Shown: in pieces, positions 51,455 through 62,079 of the stretch | How the letters are laid out: every line of letters starts with the position of its first letter | Position numbering within the stretch: position 1 is the first letter of the stretch | Source: an uncultured delta proteobacterium | GTDB taxonomy: Bacteria > Desulfobacterota > Syntrophia > Syntrophales > Smithellaceae | DNA length: 64,000 bases | Direction of reading: 5' to 3' | NCBI GenBank assembly: GCA_963851005.1 | Contig: CAWKNI010000008.1 | Coordinates: forward strand, 449,824 to 513,823 | Notes under the pieces: generated by a model | Told to the model about the DNA's origin: nothing | Databases searched by the model: none | What the model saw: only the letters and a program-made list of their open reading frames with translations | Position numbers and translations under genes: made by a program

Positions 51455-52153
51455 ATGTCTAAAATTCTGATTGTCGATGATGAACAGGATATTGTGGAAC
51501 TTCTCTCCTATAATCTGGAGAAAGAGGGATTCTCTGCTGTAAAAGCCTATGACGGAGAAGCTGCTCTTGGATTGGTGCGTTCAGAAAAACCGGACTTGAT
51601 GATTCTCGATCTTATGCTGCCTAAAATGAATGGTCTTGATGTTTGTAAGGCTATACGACGTAATCCCGAGACGGTAAATTTGCCAATCATTATGTTGACG
51701 GCAAAAGGTGAGGAAATTGATAAAATAATAGGACTGGAAATTGGCGCTGATGATTACATTACCAAACCCTTTAGCATTAAAGAGCTTATCGCGCGAGTGA
51801 GAGCTGTTTTGCGCCGTATGCAGGACATTGATAATAAAACCGGCAAAGAAGAGTTTAATTATAAAGAACTGGCAATAAATTACGCTTCATGTCTGGTACA
51901 GATCAACGGTAAACAGGTATCACTAAGTCCGACGGAGCTAAAACTTCTTTTCTTCTTATCGCGCAACCCTGGCAGGGTCTATTCTCGAAGCCAGATTCTT
52001 GATCACGTCTGGGGTGATGACACTTTTATCACTGATCGGACCGTTGATGTGCATATCAGGCGTTTACGCAGTCAGATTGAGAAGGATATGGAAAACCCAC
52101 AATATATTTTGACTGTCAGGGGATTTGGTTATAAGTTTGCCGATAAAAAATAG
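51455..52153 (+). CDS. phoB: Phosphate regulon response regulator PhoB/PhoP (OmpR family)
   Basis: Receiver DLMLP, GADDY.TKPF, RTVDVHIRRLR; pst/phoR context. Confidence 0.9.
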   Translation: MSKILIVDDEQDIVELLSYNLEKEGFSAVKAYDGEAALGLVRSEKPDLMILDLMLPKMNGLDVCKAIRRNPETVNLPIIMLTAKGEEIDKIIGLEIGADDYITKPFSIKELIARVRAVLRRMQDIDNKTGKEEFNYKELAINYASCLVQINGKQVSLSPTELKLLFFLSRNPGRVYSRSQILDHVWGDDTFITDRTVDVHIRRLRSQIEKDMENPQYILTVRGFGYKFADKK

Positions 52154-52202
52154 TTACAATTTTTTTCTGTAATTAAATTAACTGCTTCATATTGTTTTCG
52201 TA

Positions 52203-52247
52203 TTTTCATCAAGCTGTCATTAAACTGTAACATTTATTCCTTAAAAT
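52203..52247 (+). promoter_or_regulatory. Pho box promoter of pstS
   Basis: TTTTCAT-4-CTGTCAT-taaa-CTGTAAC, 10 nt, TAAAAT. Confidence 0.9.
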
Positions 52248-52279
52248 ATAGTCAAATTTAAAATCAGGAGGAAAAATTA

Positions 52280-53128
52280 ATGTTAAACATTTTCAAAAAA
52301 ACAGTATTTGCCATCGTCGCTTTAGTGATGATGACTGGGATGGCGTTTGCAGATTCATCAATTGTCATCAAGGGGTCAACCACGGTTTTGCCTATAGCTC
52401 AAGGTACTCTGGAAGCCTTTATGAAGAAGCATCCTGAGGTTCAGATGTCTCTTTCCGGCGGCGGCTCTGGCGAAGGCATCAAAGCTTTGATAGACAAAAC
52501 GGCTGACATTGCTGATTCGTCAAGGGAAATTAAAAAGGAAGAAGTTGAGCTGGCCAAGGCAAAAAATATTAATCCTGTTGCGAATGTGATAGCAAATGAT
52601 GCCATTGTCCCTGTTGTAAATCCCAAAAATAAAGTCAAAAATTTATCAGTTGATCAACTTAGTCAGATTTATCAGGGCAAGATTACCAACTGGAAAGAAG
52701 TTGGCGGCGATGATCTAAAAATTGTAGTTATTTCTCGTGATTCCTCGTCAGGAACTTTTGAATCATGGGATCATTTTGTCATGAAAAAAGCCAAAGTGGC
52801 GCCTCAGGCACAGATGCTTGCTTCCAATGGAGCAGTTGTTACCGCGGTAGCAAAGAACCGCTACGCGATTGGTTATCTGGGCATTGGCTATGTCAATAAA
52901 AGTGTAAAAGCGCTACAAGTGAACGGCATAACGGCTTCCGTGCAAACTGCTCTTTCCAAGGAATATCCTTTTTCCCGTGAGCTGTATATGTATACTGATG
53001 GCGACGCAACCGGTGACATGGCTAAATATATTGCTTTTGTCAAATCTCCGGAAGGCCAGAAAATTGTTGTAAAAGAAGGTTTTGTTCCTCTGACGGAAGC
53101 GAAGAAAACCGGTAAAAGCAAGAAATAA
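52280..53128 (+). CDS. pstS: Phosphate ABC transporter substrate-binding protein
   Basis: GSTTV.P, GGGSG.G, SRD.SSGT. Confidence 0.93.
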   Translation: MLNIFKKTVFAIVALVMMTGMAFADSSIVIKGSTTVLPIAQGTLEAFMKKHPEVQMSLSGGGSGEGIKALIDKTADIADSSREIKKEEVELAKAKNINPVANVIANDAIVPVVNPKNKVKNLSVDQLSQIYQGKITNWKEVGGDDLKIVVISRDSSSGTFESWDHFVMKKAKVAPQAQMLASNGAVVTAVAKNRYAIGYLGIGYVNKSVKALQVNGITASVQTALSKEYPFSRELYMYTDGDATGDMAKYIAFVKSPEGQKIVVKEGFVPLTEAKKTGKSKK

Positions 53129-53150
53129 TATGCACTTTTAAAGGATTGCA

Positions 53151-53573
53151 GTGAAAACAAGTTTATCCAAGAAGAGTGTTTTATTTGTTTGCACCCACAA
53201 TGCGGTTCGGTCGCAGATGGCCGAAGCGTTTCTAAATAAAATGTATGGTGATCGGTACTCAGCCTTTAGCGCTGGGGCCGATCCCACACAAATTGATCCT
53301 TTGGTTAGAGCGGTGATGAATGAAGTAGGAATTGACGTCAATGGTAATAAGCCAAAAGGGTTGAATGTTTTTCAAGATTATCATTTTGATTATGTGGTTA
53401 CAGTTTGCGATCAAGCCAATGAGGCTTGTCCATATTTCCCGGCAGGGAATACACGCATTCATAAAAGTTTTTCCGACCCTTCAAAATTTCAGGGTTGGCA
53501 TGATGATGTAATTAAAGAATATAGAAGAATCCGCGATGAAATAAAAAATTGGATTGAAAAAGAATTCAGCTAA
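53151..53573 (+). CDS. arsC: Arsenate reductase (LMW-PTP/thioredoxin type)
   Basis: CTHNAVRSQMAE P-loop, TVCD...ACP redox cysteines. Confidence 0.85.
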   Translation: MKTSLSKKSVLFVCTHNAVRSQMAEAFLNKMYGDRYSAFSAGADPTQIDPLVRAVMNEVGIDVNGNKPKGLNVFQDYHFDYVVTVCDQANEACPYFPAGNTRIHKSFSDPSKFQGWHDDVIKEYRRIRDEIKNWIEKEFS

Positions 53574-53633
53574 AATTTTTATTTACATGCCCTTGATTAT
53601 TTAAAGGGCATTAGTCATTTTAAGAGAATCTTT

Positions 53634-54521
53634 ATGACCAGGCAGACCAAAGAAATTATCATCAAATATATATTTTTTCTTTTTTCGCTGGTTTCCATTG
53701 TCGTTCTGGGGTTGATTGTCTTTTCTCTTTTCCGTGAAGGACTGCCGATATTTGGTAAAGTATCAGTAAAAGATTTTATTTTCGGTATGGAATGGTACCC
53801 CACTTATGAACCTCCTTCCTTTGGTATTTTTCCGCTAATCATAGGTTCTCTAATTGTCACATTTATGGCTACCATAATTGCTGTGCCCTTGGGTGTGCTG
53901 GCTGCCATCTATATTTCCGAGATAGCTCCTGCATCCATTAAAGAGATTCTCAAATCCGTTATCGAACTTTTGGCCGGTTTACCTTCTGTTGTTCTCGGAT
54001 TTTTCGGGATGGTGATTATTGCTCCCTGGCTGCAAGAAACATTTGATCTGCCCACGGGCTTAAATATTATTAACGCATCCGTGCTTCTGGCCATTATGGC
54101 CATACCTACTATTTCCAGTATTTCGGAAGATGCTCTTTATTCCGTTCCCCGTGAGTTCAAAGAGGCGTCTTATGCCTTGGGCGCCACTAAATTTGAAACC
54201 ATCACACAAGTGATTGTCCCGTCAGCGCTATCCGGCATTTCTACAGCGGTAATGCTTGGTATGGCAAGAGCCATCGGCGAAACGATGGTTGTTTTGATGG
54301 TGGCAGGTGGCGCAGCCGCCATCCCCGGGAGTATCTTTGATTCAGTTCGTCCGATGCCCGCTAGTATTGCCGCTGAAATGGGAGAAGCTCCTTTCCGAAG
54401 CGCTCATTATCAGGCTCTTTTTGCAATCGGCATAGTTCTGTTTTTCTTGACGCTGGTATTTAATTTAATTGCCGATTATGTTTCCCATAAATTCCGGCAG
54501 GTGGGATCAGGAACACTTTAG
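53634..54521 (+). CDS. pstC: Phosphate ABC transporter permease PstC
   Basis: LAGLPSVV.G, EASYALGATK.E, RAIGETM. Confidence 0.95.
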   Translation: MTRQTKEIIIKYIFFLFSLVSIVVLGLIVFSLFREGLPIFGKVSVKDFIFGMEWYPTYEPPSFGIFPLIIGSLIVTFMATIIAVPLGVLAAIYISEIAPASIKEILKSVIELLAGLPSVVLGFFGMVIIAPWLQETFDLPTGLNIINASVLLAIMAIPTISSISEDALYSVPREFKEASYALGATKFETITQVIVPSALSGISTAVMLGMARAIGETMVVLMVAGGAAAIPGSIFDSVRPMPASIAAEMGEAPFRSAHYQALFAIGIVLFFLTLVFNLIADYVSHKFRQVGSGTL

Positions 54522-54600
54522 TAAGTTAGAATTTGCTTTCTAATAGAAAGCAAATTCATTAACGCACTTATCCCGTTTATCGGGGTTAAACGGAAATAAT

Positions 54601-55479
54601 ATGAATTCGTTCAAGAATAATTCAATGAGGTGGCGCTATTTAAAACAGTCCCTTTTTTTCGGTACGGTGCGTTTATCGGCATTGATTATCGTTCTGGCCT
54701 TGGGCGGTATACTATTTTATATTATTGTGAACGGTATTGGCGCAATAAGTTGGGATTTTATAACCAAGCCTCCGACCGATTCCATGACCAAGGGCGGTAT
54801 AATGCCGGCGATTCTGGGCACTATATACCTCACAATAGGTGCAATAGCGGTTGGTCTGCCCTTAGGCATTGCGTCAGCAATTTACCTGACAGAATATGCT
54901 ATAGAAAATAGAATTATACGCATTATAAAAGTAGGTATTAATTGTCTGGCCGGTGTTCCTTCTGTTGTTTTTGGTTTATTCGGACTTGGTTTTTTTGTTA
55001 TCTTCATGAAATTCGGATCGAGTATATTGTCAGGATCACTCACTTTAGGTTTTTTGATTCTGCCGACAATTATCGGTGCCTCAGAAGAAGCATTGAAGGC
55101 TGTACCACAAACTTTTCGAGAGGCATCACTTTCGCTTGGTGTGTCCAAATGGCAAACAACGTATAGGATTGTTTTGCCTAACGCCATGCCGGGAATTTTG
55201 ACAGGCTCCATTTTAGGCATTGGACGTGCTGCCGGAGAAACAGCGCCGATTATGTTTACGGCAGCCGCATATTTTACCGCCAGACTACCTCATTCTGTTT
55301 TTGATGAAGTGATGGCTCTGCCATATCACATTTATGTGTTGGCAACAGCTGGAACGAATATTGAAGCAACAAGACCTATACAGTTCGGGACAGTGCTGGT
55401 TTTAGTGGCCGTTGTTCTAGGAATTGATCTTTTTGCGATTATTATCCGCAGCTACATGAGAAAAAATAAAAGGTGGTAA
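54601..55479 (+). CDS. pstA: Phosphate ABC transporter permease PstA
   Basis: [29 protein letters not shown]. Confidence 0.95.
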   Translation: MNSFKNNSMRWRYLKQSLFFGTVRLSALIIVLALGGILFYIIVNGIGAISWDFITKPPTDSMTKGGIMPAILGTIYLTIGAIAVGLPLGIASAIYLTEYAIENRIIRIIKVGINCLAGVPSVVFGLFGLGFFVIFMKFGSSILSGSLTLGFLILPTIIGASEEALKAVPQTFREASLSLGVSKWQTTYRIVLPNAMPGILTGSILGIGRAAGETAPIMFTAAAYFTARLPHSVFDEVMALPYHIYVLATAGTNIEATRPIQFGTVLVLVAVVLGIDLFAIIIRSYMRKNKRW

Positions 55480-55481
55480 TA

Positions 55482-56237
55482 ATGGATTCCAATATTATTA
55501 AATTGAGCAATGTAAATTTTTATTATGGGCAAAGTCGCGCTTTGACCGATATTTCAATGAAGTTTATAAAAAATAAGGTGACCGCACTAATCGGACCTTC
55601 CGGATGTGGAAAATCCACGCTGTTGAGACTTTTGAACAGAATGAATGATTTAATTGACGGGACAAGAGTAGAAGGGAAAATTATTTTTGAGGATAAAAAT
55701 ATCTATGCCCCGGATATTGATCCGGTGGAAATACGCCGCAAGATTGGGATGGTTTTTCAGAAACCCAATCCTTTTCCCAAAACGATTTACAATAATATTT
55801 CCTATGGACCGAAGCTTACTGGCATTGGAACAGGAAATATGAATGCTTTAGTGGAACAAAGCCTGAAGCAAGCCGTATTATGGGACGAGGTTAAGGATAT
55901 TTTAAATAAATCAGCAATGAATCTTTCCGGTGGTCAGCAGCAGAGGCTTTGTATTGCCCGTGCGTTGGCTATGAAGCCGGACATTTTACTGATGGACGAA
56001 CCGACTTCTGCTCTTGATCCAATTTCCACGGCTAAAATTGAAGAGTTGATTGAAGAACTGAAAAAGAACTATACTATCATTATAGTTACTCATAATATGC
56101 AGCAGGCGGCCAGGATTTCCGATGAAACAGCTTTCTTTTATCTGGGAAATCTTGTTGAATATAATAAAACTGATAAAATATTTACTAATCCGGATATAAA
56201 ACAGACGGAAGATTATATTACGGGCAGATTCGGGTAA
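55482..56237 (+). CDS. pstB: Phosphate ABC transporter ATPase PstB
   Basis: [32 protein letters not shown]. Confidence 0.97.
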   Translation: MDSNIIKLSNVNFYYGQSRALTDISMKFIKNKVTALIGPSGCGKSTLLRLLNRMNDLIDGTRVEGKIIFEDKNIYAPDIDPVEIRRKIGMVFQKPNPFPKTIYNNISYGPKLTGIGTGNMNALVEQSLKQAVLWDEVKDILNKSAMNLSGGQQQRLCIARALAMKPDILLMDEPTSALDPISTAKIEELIEELKKNYTIIIVTHNMQQAARISDETAFFYLGNLVEYNKTDKIFTNPDIKQTEDYITGRFG

Positions 56238-56258
56238 GAATTAACTGGAGGATCAATT

Positions 56259-56957
56259 ATGGAAGAAAAACGACACACCAGTTTGCACTATGAAAAAGAA
56301 TTGCAAGAAATAAAGGACAATCTGATTTATCTTGGTGCACTGACGGAAAATGCTATTCACCTGGCCATGCAATCGTTGACCGACAGAAACACGGAAATGG
56401 CGAATAAGGTTATAGCCAATGATTATGAAATTGATAAGATGGACAGGGAAATTGAGGAAAAATGCATCAAAATGCTGGCTTTGCGTCAGCCCACGGCAAT
56501 AGATTTAAGGTTCATTACCACGGCCATCAAAATTACTGGACATTTGGAAAGGATTGGCGATATGGCAGTTAATATAGCGGAAAAAGTCGTTCAACTCAAT
56601 GAAGAACCCAAACTGAAGCCTTATATTGATTTGCCTCACATGTCCGGCATTGTTGAAGAGATGGTTAAAAAATCTCTGGATTCTCTGATTAAAAGAGATT
56701 TGGAGATTGCCGAACAAGTAAGACAGATCGAACAGGTGGTTGATGATCTCAATGAACAAATATTCCGAGAGCTTCTTACTTTTATGATGGAGGATTCCAA
56801 ATCCATTCACAGAGCTTTGTTGATTATGCATGTATCGAAAAATCTGGAGCGCATTGCCGATCACGCCCAGGGCATTGCGGATATGGTAATTTATATGGTA
56901 ACCGGTGAAAATGTAAGACACCAACCTTCAATTATCAGTGATGAGGAACAAGCTTGA
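56259..56957 (+). CDS. phoU: Phosphate signalling protein PhoU
   Basis: QP.A.DLR, LERIGD, LERIADH. Confidence 0.95.
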   Translation: MEEKRHTSLHYEKELQEIKDNLIYLGALTENAIHLAMQSLTDRNTEMANKVIANDYEIDKMDREIEEKCIKMLALRQPTAIDLRFITTAIKITGHLERIGDMAVNIAEKVVQLNEEPKLKPYIDLPHMSGIVEEMVKKSLDSLIKRDLEIAEQVRQIEQVVDDLNEQIFRELLTFMMEDSKSIHRALLIMHVSKNLERIADHAQGIADMVIYMVTGENVRHQPSIISDEEQA

Positions 56958-58690
56958 AAAAAAATCTTTTTTACAAAATATTTTTTAGTTACCTTGTCAT
57001 CATATGTATATCTTTTTTTCTTTTAGATGTGTTCATGCGTGACGAGGTAAAAAATGTTCTTATCTCTCAAATTGAAACTGAATTACTCTCTTATACCAAG
57101 CTCATAGAAATGAATTCTTCGGGGCAGATTTCCGAAAACCTGAAGAAAATAGCAAAAATATCGAATTCGAGGGTTACTCTGATTGACGCACAGGGAAAGG
57201 TTTTAGCGGATTCGGAAAAAGAAGCCGCTCTTCTGGAAAATCATTTTAACCGTCCGGAATTGCAGGAGGCAAGACTCCGTGGAACAGGAAAGTCTGTCCG
57301 GTTTAGTGATTCTATAAGAATCGATATGCTTTATGTAGCCGTAGCCGTTAAAGATGGACAGAAAGTTACAGGTTATATCCGACTGGCACGTCCTCTACAT
57401 GATGTGCAGAATGCGATCGACAAAGTATATCAATATATCCTTCTATCACTATTCATAGTGGCAATTATTTCACTTATCATTGCGCTGTTTTTTTCTTATC
57501 GTCTGTCAAAACCTATAAAGGCTATGGAAAAATTTACCGAAAAGTTGAGGCAGGGAGAACCGGTAGGAAGGATTATTTTAGATACATCGGATGAAACTAA
57601 AACTCTGGCTGATAATATTAATTATCTCGTTGAAGAACTGAGAAGTAAAATCAGAATTGCTAATGAAGAAAAAAGTAAGCTGATGACGGCTTTTACTAAC
57701 ATGGATGAAGGTGTTTTGATTGCTAATGAACAGGATTTAATAGAATTTATCAGTCCCGTTTTAAGCAATATGCTGGCTATTCAATATGGTGATGTTAACG
57801 GGAAAACGCTTATGGAGGCTTTCCGTAGTGTCGATTTACAAAAAGCTTTTCTGGAATTCAAGAAAACACGTGTGAATGTGTCCCGAGAAATTATTCTTGG
57901 TAACATAGAACCCGTTATCTTAAATGTCAGCATCTCCGCAGTTCATGGCCATCCCGATGAAGAAAAAATTATGATTGTCTTTCACGACGTAACCAAGCTC
58001 AAAAAACTTGAACAAATCCGAGTTGATTTTGTGGCGAATGTAACGCATGAAATCAGGACGCCTCTTACGGCAATCATTGGCTATCTGGAAACAATCAAGG
58101 ATGGTGCAATAAATAATACTGACGAGACGAAAAGATTTATTGATATAATTTTAAAACAAGCCCAAAGACTTAATCGTCTCGTTGAAGATTTGCTTACTAT
58201 ATCAAATATCGAAATGAAAGAAACAAAACTTAATTTTGAGAGTGTTTCTTTAAATATGATTATAGCCAATGTTATTTCTCTTGTGGAAGCGAAAGCAAAG
58301 TTAAAAAATATAACTATTCATAACGATGTTCGCGAAAATATTGCACCAATCAAAGCTGACAAAGACAAGCTCATGCAAATATTTGTCAATGTTTTGGACA
58401 ACGCTGTAAAATTTACACAGGAGTCGGGAAATGTTGCCATTACAGTGGTGGTCGCTGATGCTTACACGGTGGTATCGATTAGTGACACGGGGATTGGCGT
58501 TCCCAAAGATGAAATTCAGCGATTGGGTGAGCGTTTTTATCGGGTGGATAGGTCTCGTTCACGTGATTTGGGCGGCACCGGACTAGGTCTATCAATTGTT
58601 AAACATCTAATGATAGCCCATGGTGGCAAGATGGAGATTGAAAGTCAGTTAGGTAGTGGCACTAAAGTATCGCTATTTTTCCCGCGGTAA
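56954..58690 (+). CDS. phoR: Phosphate sensor histidine kinase PhoR
   Basis: Two TMs, NH..RPE, HAMP/PAS, DFVANVTHEIRTPL, GGTGLGL. Confidence 0.92.
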   Translation: MKKNLFYKIFFSYLVIICISFFLLDVFMRDEVKNVLISQIETELLSYTKLIEMNSSGQISENLKKIAKISNSRVTLIDAQGKVLADSEKEAALLENHFNRPELQEARLRGTGKSVRFSDSIRIDMLYVAVAVKDGQKVTGYIRLARPLHDVQNAIDKVYQYILLSLFIVAIISLIIALFFSYRLSKPIKAMEKFTEKLRQGEPVGRIILDTSDETKTLADNINYLVEELRSKIRIANEEKSKLMTAFTNMDEGVLIANEQDLIEFISPVLSNMLAIQYGDVNGKTLMEAFRSVDLQKAFLEFKKTRVNVSREIILGNIEPVILNVSISAVHGHPDEEKIMIVFHDVTKLKKLEQIRVDFVANVTHEIRTPLTAIIGYLETIKDGAINNTDETKRFIDIILKQAQRLNRLVEDLLTISNIEMKETKLNFESVSLNMIIANVISLVEAKAKLKNITIHNDVRENIAPIKADKDKLMQIFVNVLDNAVKFTQESGNVAITVVVADAYTVVSISDTGIGVPKDEIQRLGERFYRVDRSRSRDLGGTGLGLSIVKHLMIAHGGKMEIESQLGSGTKVSLFFPR

Positions 58691-58884
58691 AAGCATAAAG
58701 ATTCAATAGCGACAATTCTTTAAAATAAACAGTTCTTAGTTGTGCCGATCTGTCGGCATAAGGGTTTCAAGCCTTAATAAATGAGGCTGCTGATTTTCCT
58801 CTTTTTTAAAAAAATGAATCGTGCTATTATGATACTCAAATAAAGTTAAGTTCATATATTAATCATTATACACAGGAGAATAAT

Positions 58885-59055
58885 ATGCTGAGAATAATGA
58901 CTGTGATACTTAATTTAGGAGTATTAATATATCTGGGATTTCAGGCAAAATCATGTCTGGGGACGGAACAACTAACAGGTTTCAATGTTGCGCAAGACCC
59001 TTTTATTCTCTCATTTGTGGGTGTTGTGGCTTTGTTTATTGCTTTGAATAATTAG
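58885..59055 (+). CDS. Putative 56-aa two-helix membrane peptide
   Basis: AGGAG RBS, ATG 58885, TAG 59053; below ORF-track cutoff. Confidence 0.4.
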   Translation: MLRIMTVILNLGVLIYLGFQAKSCLGTEQLTGFNVAQDPFILSFVGVVALFIALNN

Positions 59056-59076
59056 AAGCCGTTTTTTCTTCCTTAA

Positions 59077-59961
59077 TCATCGGGCTCCTTCTTGCAGCTT
59101 AACCACTTTGTAACCCCGTTTGCGCAGCAAATTAACCAAACCATCCGAGCCGACAAGATGCGCAGCACCCACGACCACCATAGTGTTTCCTGAACCATTG
59201 AGATAGCCTTCGATATTCCTCACCCATTTATTGTTTCGGTCAACAATCAGGGGCTGATATAATTTGGGATAAAGCTTTAGGTCTTTAATGTAAAGTTCTT
59301 CCATTTTGGCCTCATCTCCCTTTCTCCAAACGGCCAGAAGTTCATCCAGCATTACTTCAATTTGTTTGAGTTCCCCGATAGATTCAAGGATTTGTTCGCT
59401 TCCCACACTTGCATCGATTGAAGCAAGAAGACTGATTTGCTGATCCACCGTTTCTAAACTTCCCGTAGCTTTTCCATCCTGCATAGCTTTTTCCTTGAAG
59501 AAATTATCAATCCCTTTCTGGGGGTCGGCTCCGATTCTGGACATTTCCAAAACCGTAAGCGTCATCACAAACATAGTCGGCTTAAGAATTTGGTATTGCT
59601 CCATTTGATAATTCCGTTCTTTACAGAAGCTTTCCGCTTTGGCGTAAGCCGCGGATGAAATATGCTCTTTAAGAGTTGTACCATCATTGTAAATTGCCTC
59701 ACTTAGAAACTTTCCCATATGTTCCGGACTTTCCGTTTCACCGGGCGGAACTTCAAATATGATTTTGCTGGAGTCCTGATATGCTGTAAGAAATTCGGCA
59801 GGCAGAGGATAAGCAGACGTCCTCAGTATATGGAAAGAACCGGCAAGATAAACAGTAGCCTTGGAAGATCTTACCACCCACACGGAGCTTTCCGCCCCGA
59901 CACCGGAAGCTGTAAACAAAATAAATAATACCAGCGCCGTTCGCAACAAATTTAGTCTCAT
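59077..59961 (-). CDS. TraB/GumN family protein
   Basis: Signal peptide, YLAGSFH, LET..QQ, RN..W, VGAAHL.G. Confidence 0.88.
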   Translation of the reverse strand: MRLNLLRTALVLFILFTASGVGAESSVWVVRSSKATVYLAGSFHILRTSAYPLPAEFLTAYQDSSKIIFEVPPGETESPEHMGKFLSEAIYNDGTTLKEHISSAAYAKAESFCKERNYQMEQYQILKPTMFVMTLTVLEMSRIGADPQKGIDNFFKEKAMQDGKATGSLETVDQQISLLASIDASVGSEQILESIGELKQIEVMLDELLAVWRKGDEAKMEELYIKDLKLYPKLYQPLIVDRNNKWVRNIEGYLNGSGNTMVVVGAAHLVGSDGLVNLLRKRGYKVVKLQEGAR

Positions 59962-60420
59962 TGAATTCTCCTTCCCTTGGACTAATTAAATCTTATACCA
60001 CATTCCGGATACAAGCAAGAATTTCAGATTGGCGGAACTAAGTTGTTTTTTATTTAATTTTAAAATTGTCTAAATTGCAGAATCATTTATTTCCACTTTA
60101 AAATACATGGGTTAAAAAGCCGCAATCTCCAGACAGAAGCAAACTTTCCAATTGGGCTCTTGACTTTTGCCGGTCTTTCCTGTAGAGAAGTGTCGACCTT
60201 TTAAGGGAGATAGTTAATGTTTGTCCCGGTCATCACAAAACCGTATTTAAATAGAGTTACCTTCATTATTCTTCAGCAGGGTGTCCCTGCATTTTTTTTA
60301 TTAATCAAAGAAAAAATCAACAAACATATCACTTCCTGTTTACGAGATTGTTCAACTTACAAGCTTCAATGTACTTTAGTTTCTGAAACTTGGATTACTG
60401 ATCCCACTTCGCTTCGCTTC

Positions 60421-60480
60421 GGGGATAATTCGACTAACGCTTCAAACTTCACTTCGTTCGTTTTTAGCGAGTCTCATTAA
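60421..60480. repeat. REP-like repeat; inverted partner at 61854-61868 + 61948-61993
   Basis: ggggataattcgactaacgcttca.acttcacttcgttcgtttt..agcgagtctcattaa and its reverse complement. Confidence 0.8.
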
Positions 60481-60498
60481 TAAAGGAGGATTTTTATT

Positions 60499-61767
60499 AT
60501 GGCAAAAGCTCAAGTATTTGAAAACAAACAACCGGTTCTCGGCATCAACAGCCTGGGAAGAATAGGAAAATTAACACTCTGGCATCATATTAACAGGAAA
60601 TATTTCAAGGAAATTTTCGTTAATCTGGGAAGGGAGGCCGGCACCGGTCTTGATTCCATAGTTCAGGCAATTGAAAAGGATTCAACCTACGGCCTGATGC
60701 ACAAATTTCTGTATGGAATCAAAGCGGAACGACTCATTCAGGTTGTTGATGAAAAACAGGGGAAACTGCTGATTGATGGAATTCCCGTCACGATTTTGCG
60801 TGAAGTCAGAAATCCCGCCGATATTCCATGGCGCCAGTATGGCGTGGAAGTAGTCGTGGATTGCACGGGGAAATTTAAAGATCCGACAATAGCTTCAGAT
60901 AATAAAAGCGGCTCCATAAGGGGTCATCTGCATGGCGGTGCGAAAGTCGTTATCAATTCGTCTCCCTTCAAAATCAAAAACAAGGCACTTTCTTTGCCGG
61001 ATGACGCTGTAACCATGATCTATGGTATAAATCATACAGCTTTTAATCCCAAAAAACATTTGATTGTTTCTGCAGCCTCTTGCACAACCACTGGACTTGC
61101 TCACATGATTAAGCCTTTGTTGGACAATGAAGAAACAAACAACATCCTCACGGCTTCCATGTCCACTATCCATGCCGTCACCAATACACAAAGCGTTCTG
61201 GACAGCGTTCCCAAGGCTGGAGAAAAAGATTTAAGGAAAAACCGGAGCATTTTGGACAGTATAATTCTGACATCTACGAATGCCGCGAAGGCTCTGGCTG
61301 AAGTAATTCCCCAAGTGCAGAACATTGGCTTCATGGCGGATTCCATCAGGATACCGGCCAGCACCATGTCACTGATTGTTCTGAACGCAACTTTTCAGGC
61401 ACGCGGCAATAAACAGATGGCTGTCAATACGAAAATGCTTAACGAACTCTATTCAAAAGCAGCCGCAAATAATCCCGAAAAACTGATAAGATTTACGATG
61501 GAACAGAATGTGTCCGCTGATCTTTTTGGCGTGGACGCGGCCATAATCATTGAAGGTCAGTTCAATCACACACGAACGGCTTTTATTAATCTGGACTGTT
61601 TACATATTCCGAACTTGCCCACGGATGTTGCTAAAGCATTTCCCGAAAATGTTCTGAAAGTGCCTGTTGTTCATGCCAAGATATTCGGCTGGTACGATAA
61701 TGAATTCGGCAGTTACACGAATAGGATGGGAGATCTGACCGTTTACGCTCACAAAAATATTTTTTAA
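60499..61767 (+). CDS. gap: Glyceraldehyde-3-phosphate dehydrogenase family protein (divergent)
   Basis: GINSLGRIG, ASCTT catalytic Cys, STIHA.T.TQ, WYDNE. Confidence 0.85.
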   Translation: MAKAQVFENKQPVLGINSLGRIGKLTLWHHINRKYFKEIFVNLGREAGTGLDSIVQAIEKDSTYGLMHKFLYGIKAERLIQVVDEKQGKLLIDGIPVTILREVRNPADIPWRQYGVEVVVDCTGKFKDPTIASDNKSGSIRGHLHGGAKVVINSSPFKIKNKALSLPDDAVTMIYGINHTAFNPKKHLIVSAASCTTTGLAHMIKPLLDNEETNNILTASMSTIHAVTNTQSVLDSVPKAGEKDLRKNRSILDSIILTSTNAAKALAEVIPQVQNIGFMADSIRIPASTMSLIVLNATFQARGNKQMAVNTKMLNELYSKAAANNPEKLIRFTMEQNVSADLFGVDAAIIIEGQFNHTRTAFINLDCLHIPNLPTDVAKAFPENVLKVPVVHAKIFGWYDNEFGSYTNRMGDLTVYAHKNIF

Positions 61768-61853
61768 GAGAAATGTTGGTTTTTGATTGTTGAAACTCCA
61801 ATTTCGAAAGCGAATAACCTAAAGGTCACTATAGGCGTAGCGGAATTGGTAAG

Positions 61854-62052
61854 TTAATGAGACTCGCTGATAGTGAGACCCAAGCTTCAGAAACAAAGTG
61901 CCCTGAAGCTTGCTGGACGAATTATACCAGGTGCGTAGCACCGTGGTAAAACGAACGAAGTGAAGTGTGAAGCGTTAGTCGAATTATACCCCCGCAGCTT
62001 GCTTTGGGGTTCAAGCCCGTGACTCGCGGCCGCTGCTCTCGGCTGCGAGTCA
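61854..62052. repeat. Mosaic of REP-like palindromic repeats between convergent genes
   Basis: Inverted copy of 60421-60480 with inserted hairpins (caagcttcag...ctgaagcttg; gactcgcggccg...cggctgcgagtc). Confidence 0.7.
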
Positions 62053-62079
62053 AATTTTTAGCTTTATATAAAAAACTTA

